Of a stretch of 64,000 nucleotides of DNA, positions 1-29,666 are shown in pieces. Under the pieces are notes generated by a model, which worked only from the letters and a program-made list of their open reading frames with translations, had not been told where the DNA came from and searched no databases. The translations under genes were made by a program, and so were the position numbers. The stretch is taken from assembly GCA_030141605.1 (NCBI GenBank), contig JAQGDQ010000011.1, forward strand, positions 368,066 to 432,065, in the 5' to 3' direction. Every line of letters starts with the position of its first letter. Position 1 is the first letter of the stretch. This stretch comes from Tubiluchus corallicola. Lineage: Eukaryota > Animalia > Priapulida.

Positions 1-2278
1 AAAGCAATTTTCTCGTAATTTCGTAAGACGCACGAGCCCACATAATACGATAACTTTACGGCCATAATATAAATCATATAAATTATTCAAGCCAAACTGC
101 TGAGCGGGAGCACTGAACACTGCTGCACAACCACTTTACGAAACTTTAATTAAATTAGCAATTTAGCTACTTTAATTAAATAAGATCGTAAAATCTTCTT
201 AACAGCAAACTAACAACGGAATATTTAATCCCCAACCGGGGAAATTTTTCTTAAGTAAATACCCGTAAAGTCGTAAAAGCATTTAAGAGCAAATTTCAGA
301 TCAATAGATGAGGAGACAGAGTAGATGAGGCTAATACTAACAGAACTTTTCGTACTACAAAAGTAGAACAACTTTCAACACTTTTGGAATATTGTTTTCT
401 CAATCACTGTACACAAATAACTACAGGAACACTGCGCTTTCAGCATTCATCTCTACTGGTTATAAATCAATTTAACTGGCAACCACAGACCAGACCAGTT
501 TCCAAATGTTCCAGAAAATTTAAATGGAACTAATCAATAAAAAAGTCGTAATGTCAAACAAAACAGAGAATCATGGAGAAATGTTATGCATGTGCAAATG
601 CTGTGAAGCAATAGCCCAGTCTTGCATTAAGTCATTTTGTTGTACAGGGTGTCTCAAAAGAAAAAATGCAGTACAAATACAATGATATGCACATATTGGA
701 ATGTACAAAAACCAAGTTATATGGTAACAAAAGTGGAGTTATGCAAAAGCGAAATTTTTGCATCATTATAATGTCAAATGCAGAAATCCAGGTTCATTTT
801 GTACAAAAGTGTTGCTCAAAGCATCCAACTTGACGATCTTAAATTCCCATTTACATCTGCAAATTAATGACTGCACTTCTAGCAGTTATTGTAGTAAGTA
901 TAATCTTTTACTAATGTACTGAAAACTTAGCCACATCACAATGTGATTTGATCAGCATATTTCAGTACATCACCATATTTCTAAGAGCACGGTTTCTTCT
1001 GATACACCCAGTACGTGCAACAGTTAACAATTTACACATACGTAAGGGGTATGAAAATCAAATAGGCAAGTGCAGTTTGAATCAGCTGGTGAACGATTAG
1101 TTTCAGAATCCATTTTTAACTCCTACATGCCAGTGTTGGTGCAGCCAAGTCCACTACTATTACTATCACCTAATTTCTAGTGTACCATCAGTAACTAGAT
1201 ACGTATACTAAAGCACATAGTAAGGAAAATTGGACTTATCTGCCCACTGCCCCAACAAATTAAATTTTGAATAGATAGTATTCTGCTTAGAAGCTGTCAA
1301 CAACTCTCATCTTTTGCATTTAAATGCAAATTTATGATATTTGATCTCTTCTAAGTCAGTTGTGTTGTGTTTATGCAAGTAAGCATTATAGAAATTTATC
1401 TAACACAAAGGCAACTCATATAGCATAATGCATCAACCATGTCAAAACACAATAATTATAAGATTTCTAACCTGTATTTAACAAGCATTAAAGGGAAACA
1501 AAATGATTTTTCATATCCTACTCCATTTTGAAGTGAAGTTTCTGATAATCAAATAATGGGTTAAAAACTTAATTAATGGAATAAACTACTAATGGCGAGC
1601 ACAACTAGTGATGACATCGCAAATGAACATAATTTTCAACAGTACAAATGTTCCACGAGCATGGTGCACCTGTTTGCGAAAGTGAAAAATGAAGTAGAGT
1701 GCTACTGTACTAAATTCAGTATAATATAAAAAAAACTCAGCAAATTTTAAATTTAAAATTCAAATTTCAAGTCTACTGCTGTGTTTGAGCTTTAGAACAT
1801 TTGCACTACGTCAGAACTAAACACCTTCGAACAGAGAGGTACAACACCTTTTTTGTGCAATGTGTTTCCAAAATGCAAACTAATTGTGAACTGCATGTAA
1901 TAGGGAAGAACTAGCTGCGTAAATGCAAAACTACCATTCTGTGGTTACAATTCTTTCACGTTCACAATTCATTTTTGAAAAAATAGTATGTTCCCTTTCA
2001 ATATTTTACAGGGTAGATTGTTCTGAGCCATGGTTTAAGGATGAGCCCAGTTTCCTTTAAATTCTTTGATGCAAACTGTGTGCGTTACATTTTATTTAAC
2101 TGTGGCATATGAAAGCCATATGAGCCACTGGAGGTGGCTACATCTACATCATAGTGAGTTTTAGAGGAAAAAATTACGAATCAAAAACTTTTTTCACGGA
2201 CGTTTGCCACAAGCACTACTTAACTACAGTTAATAATTCGGTTTGGCAATTTCAATAAATCGCAAAGATTTAACTCAC

Positions 2279-4217
2279 CAAGTTATCCAAATCAGGATCA
2301 TCGCTAAAGAAAGGTTTCCGGTCTTGCTCCTGTTTGTGAACGAAAGACTGTATGTCTGCAGCAAATGTGTCGGCTGACAAGGGCTCACACGTGTGCATTG
2401 CGTACTCACTACGTTCAAATATCAGTGATAACAATGGAAATAAAGGATGTCTGTAATGCAAAAATATCATACACTACATATGCATACTCTGGACATTACA
2501 TACTAGAAAAGTATGGAGCAAAATTTGACAAATATACATCTATCATAAAGTACATTTTTTACTCTAGTACTTGTTCTCAAAGCTCGTTTCTGAAATCTAA
2601 AAAAATGTATCAAGTTGCTGATAAAATTAATTAGAGACTCGCAAAAACTAGAAATTGTTTCATACATTTTGTACAAAAAACAATCATTTGAACTTAATCT
2701 ATTATGTTAAATTCTGGAACTTAATATTCCGGATCAATTACGAACATGCAAATAAAGATCCACTGCACAACGAAATGCAAAAACGACAAAAAATCATAGA
2801 AATTCAAGACAATTAAGCAATTATTTCAACCAACACATGATACACATCCTACAGCTAAACACGGCAATACTGTAACGGTAACTACAAAGTTTTTGCACTT
2901 TACTTGTACACGGCTTTCTTTTCTTCGTCAATCTGTGCTTGATTGGGCGTTGCATCTGTTGGCGATGTCAACACTTGGTCACCAATGTCATTGAGTGTTG
3001 GCTGTAGTTGTACGGTAACATGAGCCTATAATATTCAACAAGAAAACAAGACTGGATTCTTGATAAACTAGGAAATGAGAAACTGCATGTGCAATAAAAA
3101 GGATGCAAGGCACTTTGAAAACCAGTTATTCTGCAAAAATAATGTCAAAATTAGCAAAATCACAATGAGTGGATGTCACGTGTAGAGTATTTGCAGTTCT
3201 AGTATCCAGGCTGCAAATACCATTATGTATCAAATTATGAATTCACATTCAGCAAACAATGATGAAGAAAGCAGCAACGAGAAATACTTTGACAAAATGC
3301 AAAAGTTTAAAAATTGTTGCACATAATTTTTATTAAACAAGCTTAACCTTCTGTTTTGAGCCGACAAATTCATCCTGTGATAATGTTATGATTAGGGGTT
3401 AAGCGAGTATACTAACAGAAACCCTACATTTTTCTGCAAAATAATTATCGATTGATTTAAGCTTTACTATGTTCCTGTTTACTATGATTTAAACTTGTTC
3501 CTGTGTGAGGGATCAGTACAAAAATGTGCGTCAGACAAAATTACATCAGACAAATAAAAGGCAATTGTTTTGTTGTCTAGCAAAGATTTGCTACAGTTAT
3601 TCATGTCACAGGCTGCATCATTCGCAATTTGCTTCATTCAAAAGCTGCCGTGTGCAGGCGAATTTTGTTCGAGACAGTTTGTTGCAAACAGATTTTTTGC
3701 AGTGTGTAACTAGTATAAGAATAATGAAATGTTACCTATACACTTGCATGCCAAGCAAGGTAATGCTATATTGAAATTCAATGCAGCGAATGAAGTGTTA
3801 ATTGACAAACTGTCACACTGATATTGCTTAGAAGACATTACGTCATTGCAGCCTAGTGCCTATACTGAATTGCACTGTTGAAAAGCCGGTTGCATTTTGA
3901 AACAATTTGCCTAAAATTGCTGAATGTTATTTTTTTAAAGAAAATTCGTGCATTGTAATTTGCACTTGCTGCTGCGATTGCAAAACCTCAGTCAGCAAAG
4001 GCAGTTACACTTAAAAACCCTTGAAGCGTTTAGGTCTGGAATTTTACGTTTAGCAATAATCATAATGTTATTCCCAAATCATGCACATTAGCTGTGACTA
4101 CGCGCTAAATTAAATTCATTTACTAAAACCCACCACTTCTCCAAAAGCTGGAGTGATTCCCGGAGGTTGTGATGTCAATGGCACAACTGTTATCCCAGTT
4201 GCTGGCTGCTGCATCAT
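2279..4217 (-). CDS. PKNOX1: PKNOX/Prep TALE homeobox protein, N-terminal coding exons (rest of the gene lies left of these exons, probably outside the window)
   Basis: Exons 4217-4134 (MMQQPATG...GEV), 3025-2904 (AHVTVQLQ...EEKKAVYK) and 2450-2279 (HPLFPLLSLIFERSE...DIQSFVHKQEQDRKPFFSDDPDLDNL). All junctions are GT-AG and in phase. The last peptide matches the MEIS/PKNOX N-terminal domain with the PKNOX-type KPFF..DP..DNL. A non-coding first exon has its donor CAG CAAG|GTAGGT at 5164/5163, and the exon carrying the ATG starts at 4260. Confidence 0.9.
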
Positions 4218-5182
4218 TAGGCTTATGGCAACATAGAGTAGGCGCGACTACTACAAATACCTATGTAAATACATATTAAGATTAGGTCTATTATGGAAAT
4301 TTTAAACTTGCACTAACTTTTGTTAAAGCAAAAGTTATATTAGTACCTTGATATATTATATTTGTTATATTAGCAGATAAATATTTTGCATGTAGTGTAG
4401 TGCCATCTAATGACAAGAGAGACAAAGCATTACAATTGCCATCCCCTTAAAGAATCAAATTTGAGATAACGTTTAAAATAGTCTGGTATTTTATATACCA
4501 ACCAGCAGCATTTAATTTTATTTACAGAATAACTTTTTAAGAAGTTCTACTCATTATTAGTGCTAGTTTTAGTGAACCACAAAAAAATTCAATTGAGAAC
4601 CGTTGCTTTCCATAAAAATATTTAAAAAACTATCAAAGCTCTTAATAAATATGGTGACTTATTTATTTATGGTGTAATAAATAAATAAATAACAAACTCA
4701 CCGCAAACAATCAAGTCAATGAATATTTATAAAAGCGCAGCAAACAAATGATTTAAAATTTCAACTTAAACATTGCACAATACACCGAAAAAATAATAAC
4801 ATTAATAACCTATCGTGGCAAAACTGTCTGTAAGAGGCAATTAAGTGATATCCATAACAATTATTAACAAACCTTTTCAAGATTAAACATTTTCATTTAA
4901 ACCTACAGAGAACTTTTGATAAATTTTCAAGTTTAGCTAGCAAATCACAAAACATGTACAGCATACACTGTACAGTACGTTCTACTATTCAGCTAATTTG
5001 AATTTAATATTTTTTTCAAAGCTAAACAATCGTTTGACATTTCAATTCCGTTGCATTCAAGCCTCCAATAGTACAAGATAAATTATGCTACTGTCTCCCA
5101 TTCAGAGCTGAGATTCGGTACTAACAGACAGTTTTACCATTTTGACACTTGACTGGCACCTACCTTGCTGTCTATCTTCGTC

Positions 5183-5424
5183 AAAAATGGCCGACGCCAA
5201 TTATCATTCTACAGCCTGCCCCTCCCGTCACGAGCAGATGACGTCATCGGCGTAAATTTTTCCCAGCTGTTTTTTCTGCTTTTCAGCGAGAAAAATCAAT
5301 TAGTTCACGTCGTATATCATTGGGTAACCACGCAACGGGAAACCTAGAAAAGAGTGATGGATGCAGCCTGCAGCAGATGGGAGTATGAAGCAACTGCAGG
5401 GAGGGAGAATGTCTGGTGACGTCA
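5183..5424. promoter_or_regulatory. Probable PKNOX promoter: YY1-like AAAATGGCC and two full CRE palindromes
   Basis: TGACGTCA at 5239-5246 and 5417-5424 and AAAATGGCCG near 5184, in a CpG-richer patch just upstream of the non-coding first exon. Confidence 0.45.
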
Positions 5425-5961
5425 CAGCAGTGGAATCAATTAACTAGTGGACATATGTAAGGGGCCGCGGCTTGTCGCCTCAGCGCCGTGGACCATGACA
5501 GTGACTGGCTCTTTGAAGTTTCTATTTGTCAATCAAATAATAAATGTCGCGTTGACTCGCTTATCTAAAATGTCACTCAACAAAAGCGTACGATTGCGAA
5601 TTGTGTCCACGATCCCCGCGCCCAGCATTTTGTTAAAGCGCTCATAGTTGGTTTCGGTGACTCTATGCTTCGGGCTTACGCAGCAGATATTATTATGAAA
5701 AGCCGTATTATAGAACACAGTCAAAGTTAGTTTTAGAGTAATTCAATATAATTAAATGAAATAAAGTTAATATAAAATTGTTCCATATCCAAATTCCTAT
5801 GTTATATCGCTCGAATTATTATAATAAATTTTTATACAGTTATATTTCGCTAGCAGTTTAGCAAACAGCTCTGAATCGCCACAAATCACAATTACACATA
5901 TTAAGTGCCAAAATTTTTGCGCAACTGAATTTGTCAGGCCAGGGACTCGATCGGTTCTAAA

Positions 5962-5997
5962 CAGAGAATGTAATATCCGCTATTATTACATTCTCTG
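5962..5997. repeat. Perfect 14-bp inverted repeat with 8-nt spacer
   Basis: CAGAGAATGTAATA-tccgctat-TATTACATTCTCTG. Confidence 0.75.
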
Positions 5998-7422
5998 GTT
6001 TAATGCGTGCGCTCTGAAGAGGCGGACTGCAATGATTTTTACATTGCTATTGTAACGTTGGTGGCAGCGTGGGTGGCTAGATCAGTGCGCGATACTGTGG
6101 TGCTGCGCAAATGTGCCAAATAATGCAAAATTTTAGTAGTAATAAAATATTCAGATTTTTTTAGTAATTATAAAAAAGAAATTTATTTAAACAATATTTA
6201 ATTTGCCTGTTGAATTTTGTGCCAGATGTGGGTGATGTCAGTGGTTTGTTGTCATAAAAAATTAACTAATTTCAGCACTGTTAATTAAATTTTCATAAAT
6301 AAATTTCAATTATGGTGATTTACTAAGCCATAACAATAAATGTTCAAGTTTGTGTTAATTTTTATCCAAATCGAACGCCAGTTAAGCTCAGCATGTGGCC
6401 ACTCGAGTCACAGTATTTGTAACTGGCTACTTTAGTAGAAAATGAATTTAGGTTTAAGAACATAGAACTCTTGTAATTTGCTAGGTACAAAAGATGTTAT
6501 TATAACGTTTTCCTTAAAGCAGACGAGGTTGTATGGTTAAACGATATGGAAGAAGAAATCAGCACTTTGGCAGCAGACTAATCAAATTATTTTCAACTCT
6601 CATTATGTTATTTTTACAATCTTTCATTTAAAAAGCTGGTACAGATACCTACTACTTCTAAGTCATTTTTCTTTTTCCATTGCTAAATTATGCAATTTTT
6701 ATGTAACTATGATTTTAGTATCAGTATACCATATCTTATCATATGTTTATGAAAATAACTTTATGTAGTATTTAACGGCTTATGTAGTATTTAACATGTA
6801 TTGCTTTGCCAATGTACGTTTTATGTATTTCTGCAAATAAAACTGAATTGAATCGAATTGAAATTGTATGTATGTTGAATATAATACTAATATTGGAACT
6901 TATGTTTATATTTACAAGTGGTTCAATTAATTAGTAATCATGTTTTCATTGCTTTCTCGTCAATTCTATAAGTACAATAGATTTTATCTTGCTTTAAGTA
7001 CGAAGTTTCTTTTACACAATAGTAATTGTAGTGAACCAAACTTTAAAATAAATAAACAAATACATAAAAATAGATAGATAACATAGCTGGCATAGCTTCA
7101 TCGTAAATTAAATCAATTTTTTCTGGAGGCATGTTAGTGGGAAACCAGTAAGCATAGCCTGCACTTAATCCAGGAAAGACACAATGTAATGCCAACATGA
7201 GTAGCTTGTCAGCGCTTGGAAGTTCCTAAGCATTCAATATGCCAAATTATTGCTTAAAGGACAAGAAAAGGGGTGTACCTGAAGTAGGTTTCAGAAAAAT
7301 AGCCTTAAAAAATTATATTACTTTACAGCAATTTTATGCGTATATCGTACCTGCGTTAAAAAGAATTTTTGTTTGTTTTCATTTTAAATCTCAGGCAATT
7401 CTATTACGACGGTGACATTACA

Positions 7423-7790
7423 TGACGTCACTATGCAAACATAAATCATGAGAAGAAAAAGCAATGATAATTACGTCCCAGAAATTTTCCCATGTAAATC
7501 TGTATTACTTAGCCTTTCGCTTACCTGCTGGAAAGACTTAATAAATAAATAAAGAAATAATAATTTAAAATTTTCGGGCCAATTGGTAAAATGTCGATGG
7601 CTCACCCTCCAGGATACGTCACTCATTAACCAAAAAATGTATTTTTAATCTTATTAACAAGATACTGTAATTCAAAATTTTACTTAATTAGTGACCTGTG
7701 CGCTACGAATGCTCTGTTTATTTTTCAAACTTTACTTAGTGCTATGTAAACTTGTTTCATATGACCTACCATTAAAATGGCTGCGCCTAA
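7423..7790 (+). promoter_or_regulatory. Probable KAT7 promoter/TSS region (CRE and YY1-like motif)
   Basis: TGACGTCA at 7423-7430 and AAAATGGCTGC near 7774-7784, immediately upstream of the first coding exon. Confidence 0.4.
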
Positions 7791-7853
7791 CGGTCATCAC
7801 GGGTGTCTGAATTTACAAATTTTGTACAACGTTATTGCCAACGCAAGCCCTGT

Positions 7854-23846
<15,993 letters not shown>

Positions 23847-24223
23847 GTTCAACAATGTCTTGTTTATGTTAGATTAGCTTATTTTAATTTATTGTCGCCT
23901 GATTGTAGAGTGAACGCTCGATTATGATTTGATATTTGCCTAAATGATTAATGTTTGTTGCTTTGTAATTTGAATCATGTTATATGGGAGACATTAAATT
24001 TTTTCATCAGGAAGAACCTTTTCCAAGAACGTGAATAAAAAAATTTGCATGTTTGATGAGGGCAAAGTAATGTGTTTTCAGCTTGCCAAACACAAAACTT
24101 GCAGATTTTCGAACTTTCTGTCAAGTACTTAACAAAAACCCAAAACTGAGTTTGGGGCAGAAACTGGAGTTGCTCAGTTCACATCTTGGATAGTATAGAT
24201 TTTTGTCCCCTTGCTTTCGGTTC

Positions 24224-24410
24224 TTCAGCGGTACTGTAGTAAATTTGAGGCGATGTTACTGCAGTATTTGAGTACTGCTGAGGTAAAGTTCGGATACTAG
24301 TTTGACACGTCAGTAGTACAGTAGTAAAGTTGAGATACTATTTCAGTACTTCAGTAGTTCTGAAGCAAATATTTGAGATATTATTTTGGTACCTCAGAAG
24401 TACTGTAGCA
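24224..24410 (+). repeat. Degenerate ~42-bp tandem repeat (about 4 units) in the probable KAT7 3' UTR
   Basis: Recurring unit of the form TCAGTAGTACTGTAGTAAAGTTGAGATACTATTT. Confidence 0.55.
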
Positions 24411-26120
24411 CACTTATTGTTGCCTTTATTCTGTAAGACATTTTCAGGCTATCACAGTGTGGCCGTTATAGTGTAATTTATCGAGACTGTCAAACAGTCC
24501 TGTTTTAGTTTGAAGTCTTAGTTCCTTTTACTTGGATAAGCCGAACATTCTAATTAGTTGGCAGACTTGTGTCTGACATTATTTATTATGCATATTTTAA
24601 TTAGCTATTCTTTTTAATTTAGAAAAACAATTCTTGTTTTTGAAAAATGGAATTGTGATTGCAAACAATTGTTTATAAGCAATCAGCAGTAATGCACAAG
24701 ATGTAAAACTCAGAATTTTGGTAAAATTAATGCGTTATTTGACTCATTTTGTAAGAAGTCTATATACAGCCACAATGAACTTGTAAAGTAATAGATTAAA
24801 GTTGCCTTTTAATTACTTATTTTACAATTTTCGAGAAAGATACCATTGTCATTATATAAGCTTATAGAAAGTGCTTTATGCCTTGCATGGCACCGCGTTG
24901 CGATTTTGTACAAAACTAATAAATATTGTATACAATACAGAATCAGTGCTTTTCGAGTATTTAAACTAGTTCATCATAAATCGAAGACACATTGCTCAGG
25001 TCTAGCCTTTAGCTCGCAGATGGTTAATGAAGATCAACCAGTATTGGCTCTGGTTAGTATGTGGATGGGTGTTGCTGCCAAGCTATTTTGTAGCTTAAAT
25101 GAATTTAAGTTTTTCTTCTTATCATGACATACTTTTAGCAAATAAGCAAGTGAAAACGTGTTACCAAAGTAGCTGATGCGAAATGTCCCATGATAACATG
25201 TTTCGGCCTTTGGGTAACATACAGGTATGGAACAGAATAGTGCTACAGGTACAAGTAACAAATAAAATGGTGTGGCCTCGCATATAGATGGCATAACATT
25301 GTGACTGATGTGTAAGAACATTTATTATGAGATTTTGACACTGACTTAGTGTAAACCTTATGATTCATCAGTTACAGCCTAATAGTGACATGTAATGAAA
25401 AAAAAACACATGCTTTACCAGGAAACTGCCGATACTGTATTTTCTAGGGCACTTTATAACAACTCTATGAAGACAGTAGAATCTAATGGTATGTTATCTC
25501 CATCTATTGAGCATTTCCAAAACTGAGCAAGCTGATCACACTCCAGACATTACTGTTACAATTAGTTACAATATTGATAAAAAGCATTTATCACAATTAC
25601 ATTTATCAATGTGAGAACTTGCGTCAATTAAACAGACAGCACAAGCAAATTTCTGATATGTGATTTTGAAGAGGATTTAAGATGTGAAACTGTTAGATCA
25701 TTACTATGCTGTATATACCTGAAAAATTCCTGTACTTTGCTGAAATTCTTCTATGTATCTTACACATAAAAAAGTTCAAATGACTCTGAGGAACAAAGTA
25801 TTACAGTATGTGTGGCAGTTTTTGCAATTCAGGACTTATAATTTACACATGTACAAGCAAATCAAAAGCAAGCAGTTAATACATAACAATTTTAACAGTT
25901 ATATTGCACTATAAAATTCATGCTAAATACTGAATAATTGACTATAATCTAGCTAAATGCTGTATTTAATTTAGCTATTTTTGATAACATTTTAAGCGGT
26001 ACTTTCGATACTTATGTACAATTCATGGAAGAAACAACTTCGTTACAAGCAAGTTTTTAAACTATCTATATTTACAGTTTTTTTTAGCTGACATACGATA
26101 ACAAATGTGTAACGAAAACA

Positions 26121-29059
26121 TCATTGGTACTTCTTTTTTTCACTTCTGGGTTGCTTATATCTGGCGAGCAATTTGTTTAATTGTTTTGTAGGCAAGCGTC
26201 CTCCTTGTGAGGTAGTAGATATTGTCCCAGTGGACTCCAGCTGTTCACGTTGGTGCTTTGCTTTCTGTAAGAACGAAGGAAAAATATGATAATCAAGTGC
26301 ACGAACTCTAGTGCGTAATTCTGCACATGCACAAGCGACACTGCATTTTGACAAATTTAACTTTACACCTCTTAATACCACTTTAAGTTATTACAGTACT
26401 GTACAGTTACTTGTCAAGTGTATAATTACATAATAATAATTTGCTGCAAATATGCAATAATTTTGGATCTTGGGCGAAAACACGATAAATGTCAGCCTCC
26501 AATATGATAATCAGCATCATACAAAACGGCAACCATGTTTGAAACAGATTTGAGCACGGCACACCAGATTTCTGATATGGGCATACAGGCTAGATTTAAA
26601 TTAGAAAACAGTTACATTCATTGAAAACAAGAAAATGACAGCTGCACTGTTTTGTGGCTATCAATGTGGTGAAGTTCTCACAAGTTATAGGTCATACAGG
26701 GGTACTGATCATTGTTCAAGTACATACATCTGTTCACATGTACTTCTTCACATGTAGTTAGTTAGTTAAAGTTTATTGACCTATTAAAAACAACACAATC
26801 AGTACACAATTACATATTCACAACAAACAGAGAATGAGTGCACACAATCTAGTATCCAGAGCAAAAATCAATGATAACGGGTTTGCAATCACTAAATTAA
26901 ATTAACAAGTCAGTGTACCTATTTGTAACAAATCAAAAGCAATACCAAATATAATAATAACAATAGTAGCCACATATTAATAGTCCCCTGTTTATAACAT
27001 TATAATTGCTTATACACAGTGCAAATACATTAAGTAAGAAAAAGTCTATATTTCTCAATGCATGATTAATAAATCCCCTAGGCCTCTTTATGACAGGAAG
27101 CATAAAACCTTATACATTACCATAAACCTTCAAGACATTCGTTATAATTTTACAATAGTTGGCTGCTCAATACAAAAAAAGAGTGTAAATCGGAGAAAGC
27201 AGTATCCATATACCCATCCCTCATAAAGCTCATACTGGGGCAATGACAGTCAACGTGTTCTTCCATTTGAACGGCTCCACATGCACAAAGGCGTTAGTGT
27301 CGCCAATTATCTTTGTGCAGATAAAAGTAATAGTAATTGTAATTTTTTTTTCTCCATAAAGACACGATTTGATAATAAAATACACAAAAATACAAACGAA
27401 CATAGGAGAAAGGGTGGCGAAAAACCAAAGGTTATCGAGTCAACCACCCTTCTCAACGGACAGTAAACAAAAGGATAATAGTAATACAAATACAAATATC
27501 AATACAAATAGTAATACATGAACCTTTGGATTGAGGAAAACAGTTGAGCAATACTTATAAACACATTTCTTTGTTTGACATGGTGACATAATGGTGAATT
27601 TATAATTTGAAAATCTTTCTTACGATATGAGCTTTGTAACATGACTGGAAAGTTGTGATTTCATCATCACATAGTGACTGATTGAACTCGTTTGCCTTTA
27701 GACAAGCTAACATGGCCGTCATCTCCTGAATGCAGACTTTAGCTAAAAATCACAGAACTAGTGTAAAACAATTTTGCAGTCCCCTCCAAACAAATTTTTT
27801 TCACATTTGAATGTATTTTCAATTTGAAAGAAAACTGTATATATCTTGATGGATAAACCTACAAAATATCAATTCTGGCTGAAACAAAGAAAATGTTAAC
27901 ATGTTATCTTTAATTTATCCACAAACAGGTAATGAATTAAAACTCACCGGGAATTTTTTGAGGAAATACATTATAAATAAATTGCAATTATTTAAACAAG
28001 ATTCATATCTACTAATTTTGGGTCTGCTATGTTAGAGAAGTAACATGCTACTTTTACTAGTTACTAGAAAGGAAACGCATAGTGATGCTGCTAATGTGTT
28101 ACTAGGGGTGAGCATCGAACGTTCGCATCAAATTCGGAACCTTCGAATTCGATTCCAACGAGTTTATTTAGTTTAAATTAGATTCGAAATTGAAATTATA
28201 GATTTGAATAGTTTAACACTTCAGCTACATACGTTCTTTATCATTAAAATGTTTGAAATAACATGCAATTAGCACAATTTAGCTGCAGTTTCTGTGCAAA
28301 ATTTTTAACAAACTAATACTAGTAATAGTGGTTTCATCATCATCATCATCATCTCTGGAGTCACACGTCATTTGACAATTTATAGTCACACATGGTTTTG
28401 TAGTGGTTTTAATTGTGGTTCTACGGCAGAAGAAAATCAAGTAATATGCATGATATCTGCATTTAAGATTTAAGAAAATTTAAGACCACTTTTTATTACT
28501 GGTTCGAAAATCTTTCAAACTCAATCCGAATTTGAAATACAGAAATTCGATTCGATTCGAATTCAAAAGTCACAAATTCAATTCAATTTCGCTTTCTGAT
28601 AAATCACCCCTATCTGTTACATGTTGCTTTTGTACTGAAAGAACGCGTAAATTTACTGTGGTTGTGTTGTGGGCACAGTGGACTATTTTTTCTGACAGAG
28701 ATCTGCTTGAAATGATATTGAATATCTTTTCTTATTGACTGACCTATAAAATATAAGATTCGGTTATCTCAAATAGCTTGTTCCATACTGCGAGTGATTT
28801 TAGAGTGACTATGCATTATTTGATGCACAAACGCAAAAATAGGGTTTCAGCACCGAATGGATTAATCAAGAACTAGTAACAACTAGATTTATGATGCAAT
28901 TAGGAAAAACAGACAACACATACCTCCGGCATCACCGACTGTCTTTCCTGTCACTTTATCTTTCAAAGTTAATGGCAGCATTTCTTTGTATTTTCCATAT
29001 TTAATTATAGGGTATTTAGGCAGTGACACAGTCAACCGTTGAATCGTGAGAGAAGGCAT
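26121..29059 (-). CDS. CHCHD1: CHCHD1 / mitochondrial ribosomal protein mS37 (twin CX9C), about 132 aa
   Basis: Exons 29059-28924 (MPSLTIQRL...LPLTLKDKVTGKTVGDAG), 27742-27624 (AKVCIQEMTAMLACLKANEFNQSLCDDEITTFQSCYKAHI, twin CX9C) and 26264-26121 (...GGRLPTKQLNKLLARY...). All in phase; the C-terminal LNKLL motif is typical of CHCHD1. Confidence 0.88.
27325..27520 (-). mobile_element. 5'-truncated 3' end of the same LINE family as 41762-43586
   Basis: The reverse complement of 27404-27455 (TGAGAAGGGTGGTTGACTCGATAACCTTTGGTTTTTCGCCACCCTTTCTCCT) is homologous to the 3' stem-loop at 43403-43455 and is followed by GGAGA-A-rich sequence and a short tandem tail. Confidence 0.65.
28103..28612. mobile_element. 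hAT-type MITE in CHCHD1 intron 1
   Basis: TIRs TAGGGGTGA...TCACCCCTA, 8-bp TSD TGTGTTAC/TCTGTTAC (7/8 match) and subterminal TTCGA repeats. Confidence 0.75.
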
Positions 29060-29210
29060 AATAAATATTACCAGTCGTTTTGTTACTTTATTCCAAATAA
29101 AAACACGATATTTTCAAAATCAAAACATCCAGTTAGGCTTATTTTAGCATAACTAAAATGCATCAAGGAACTGCAGAACGGTTTTATTCTAAAATTATCT
29201 CAAAATTCCT

Positions 29211-29666
29211 TCACAAACGTCCTCTACTCGTGTAAGACGCCATGACATCAGGCCAGTCGAGTTATAGTCTATGGCTTAGTGCCTGAAAGCCATCGTTGTC
29301 GGGACCAAAAATTACTGGTTTGGTAGTTTAAGGCTTTTGGCAAACAACCAAAAAAATTATCTTGAAATAAACGCAAATATGAAAATTTCACTGTGCTGCG
29401 GCACCGTTAAAGTAGTTTAATTAATTTTTTTTAGTTCTTTGTTGAATTAAACTTTTTTTCTGTTTTGAAGTCGGTTATCGTCCTCCACCTTAGATGGCGC
29501 TGCACGAATAAACGCAAAACATGCGTTGCATTGAAAATGTATTTAGTTGTCGCCATTTGTCACGAAAAACGGAATTGTATTGTAGCTAATCATTAGGCCG
29601 TAGTCTTATTTGAGTCGTAAACGTGTGTGATTTTCTTGAGTAATATGCTACCCGCTTAGTTAACGT
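29211..29666. promoter_or_regulatory. Bidirectional promoter shared by CHCHD1 (minus) and PRPF8 (plus), including the PRPF8 non-coding first exon
   Basis: Head-to-head genes. CGCCAT (YY1-like) motifs near 29240 and 29551, CTCF-like TAGATGGCGC at 29491-29500, donor CGT|GTAAGT at 29667 pairing with acceptor TTGCAG| at 32236. Confidence 0.55.

Noticed and set aside
24224-24410. CRISPR-like periodic repeat
   Set aside because: Eukaryotic context, degenerate tandem units without unique spacers, and no cas genes.
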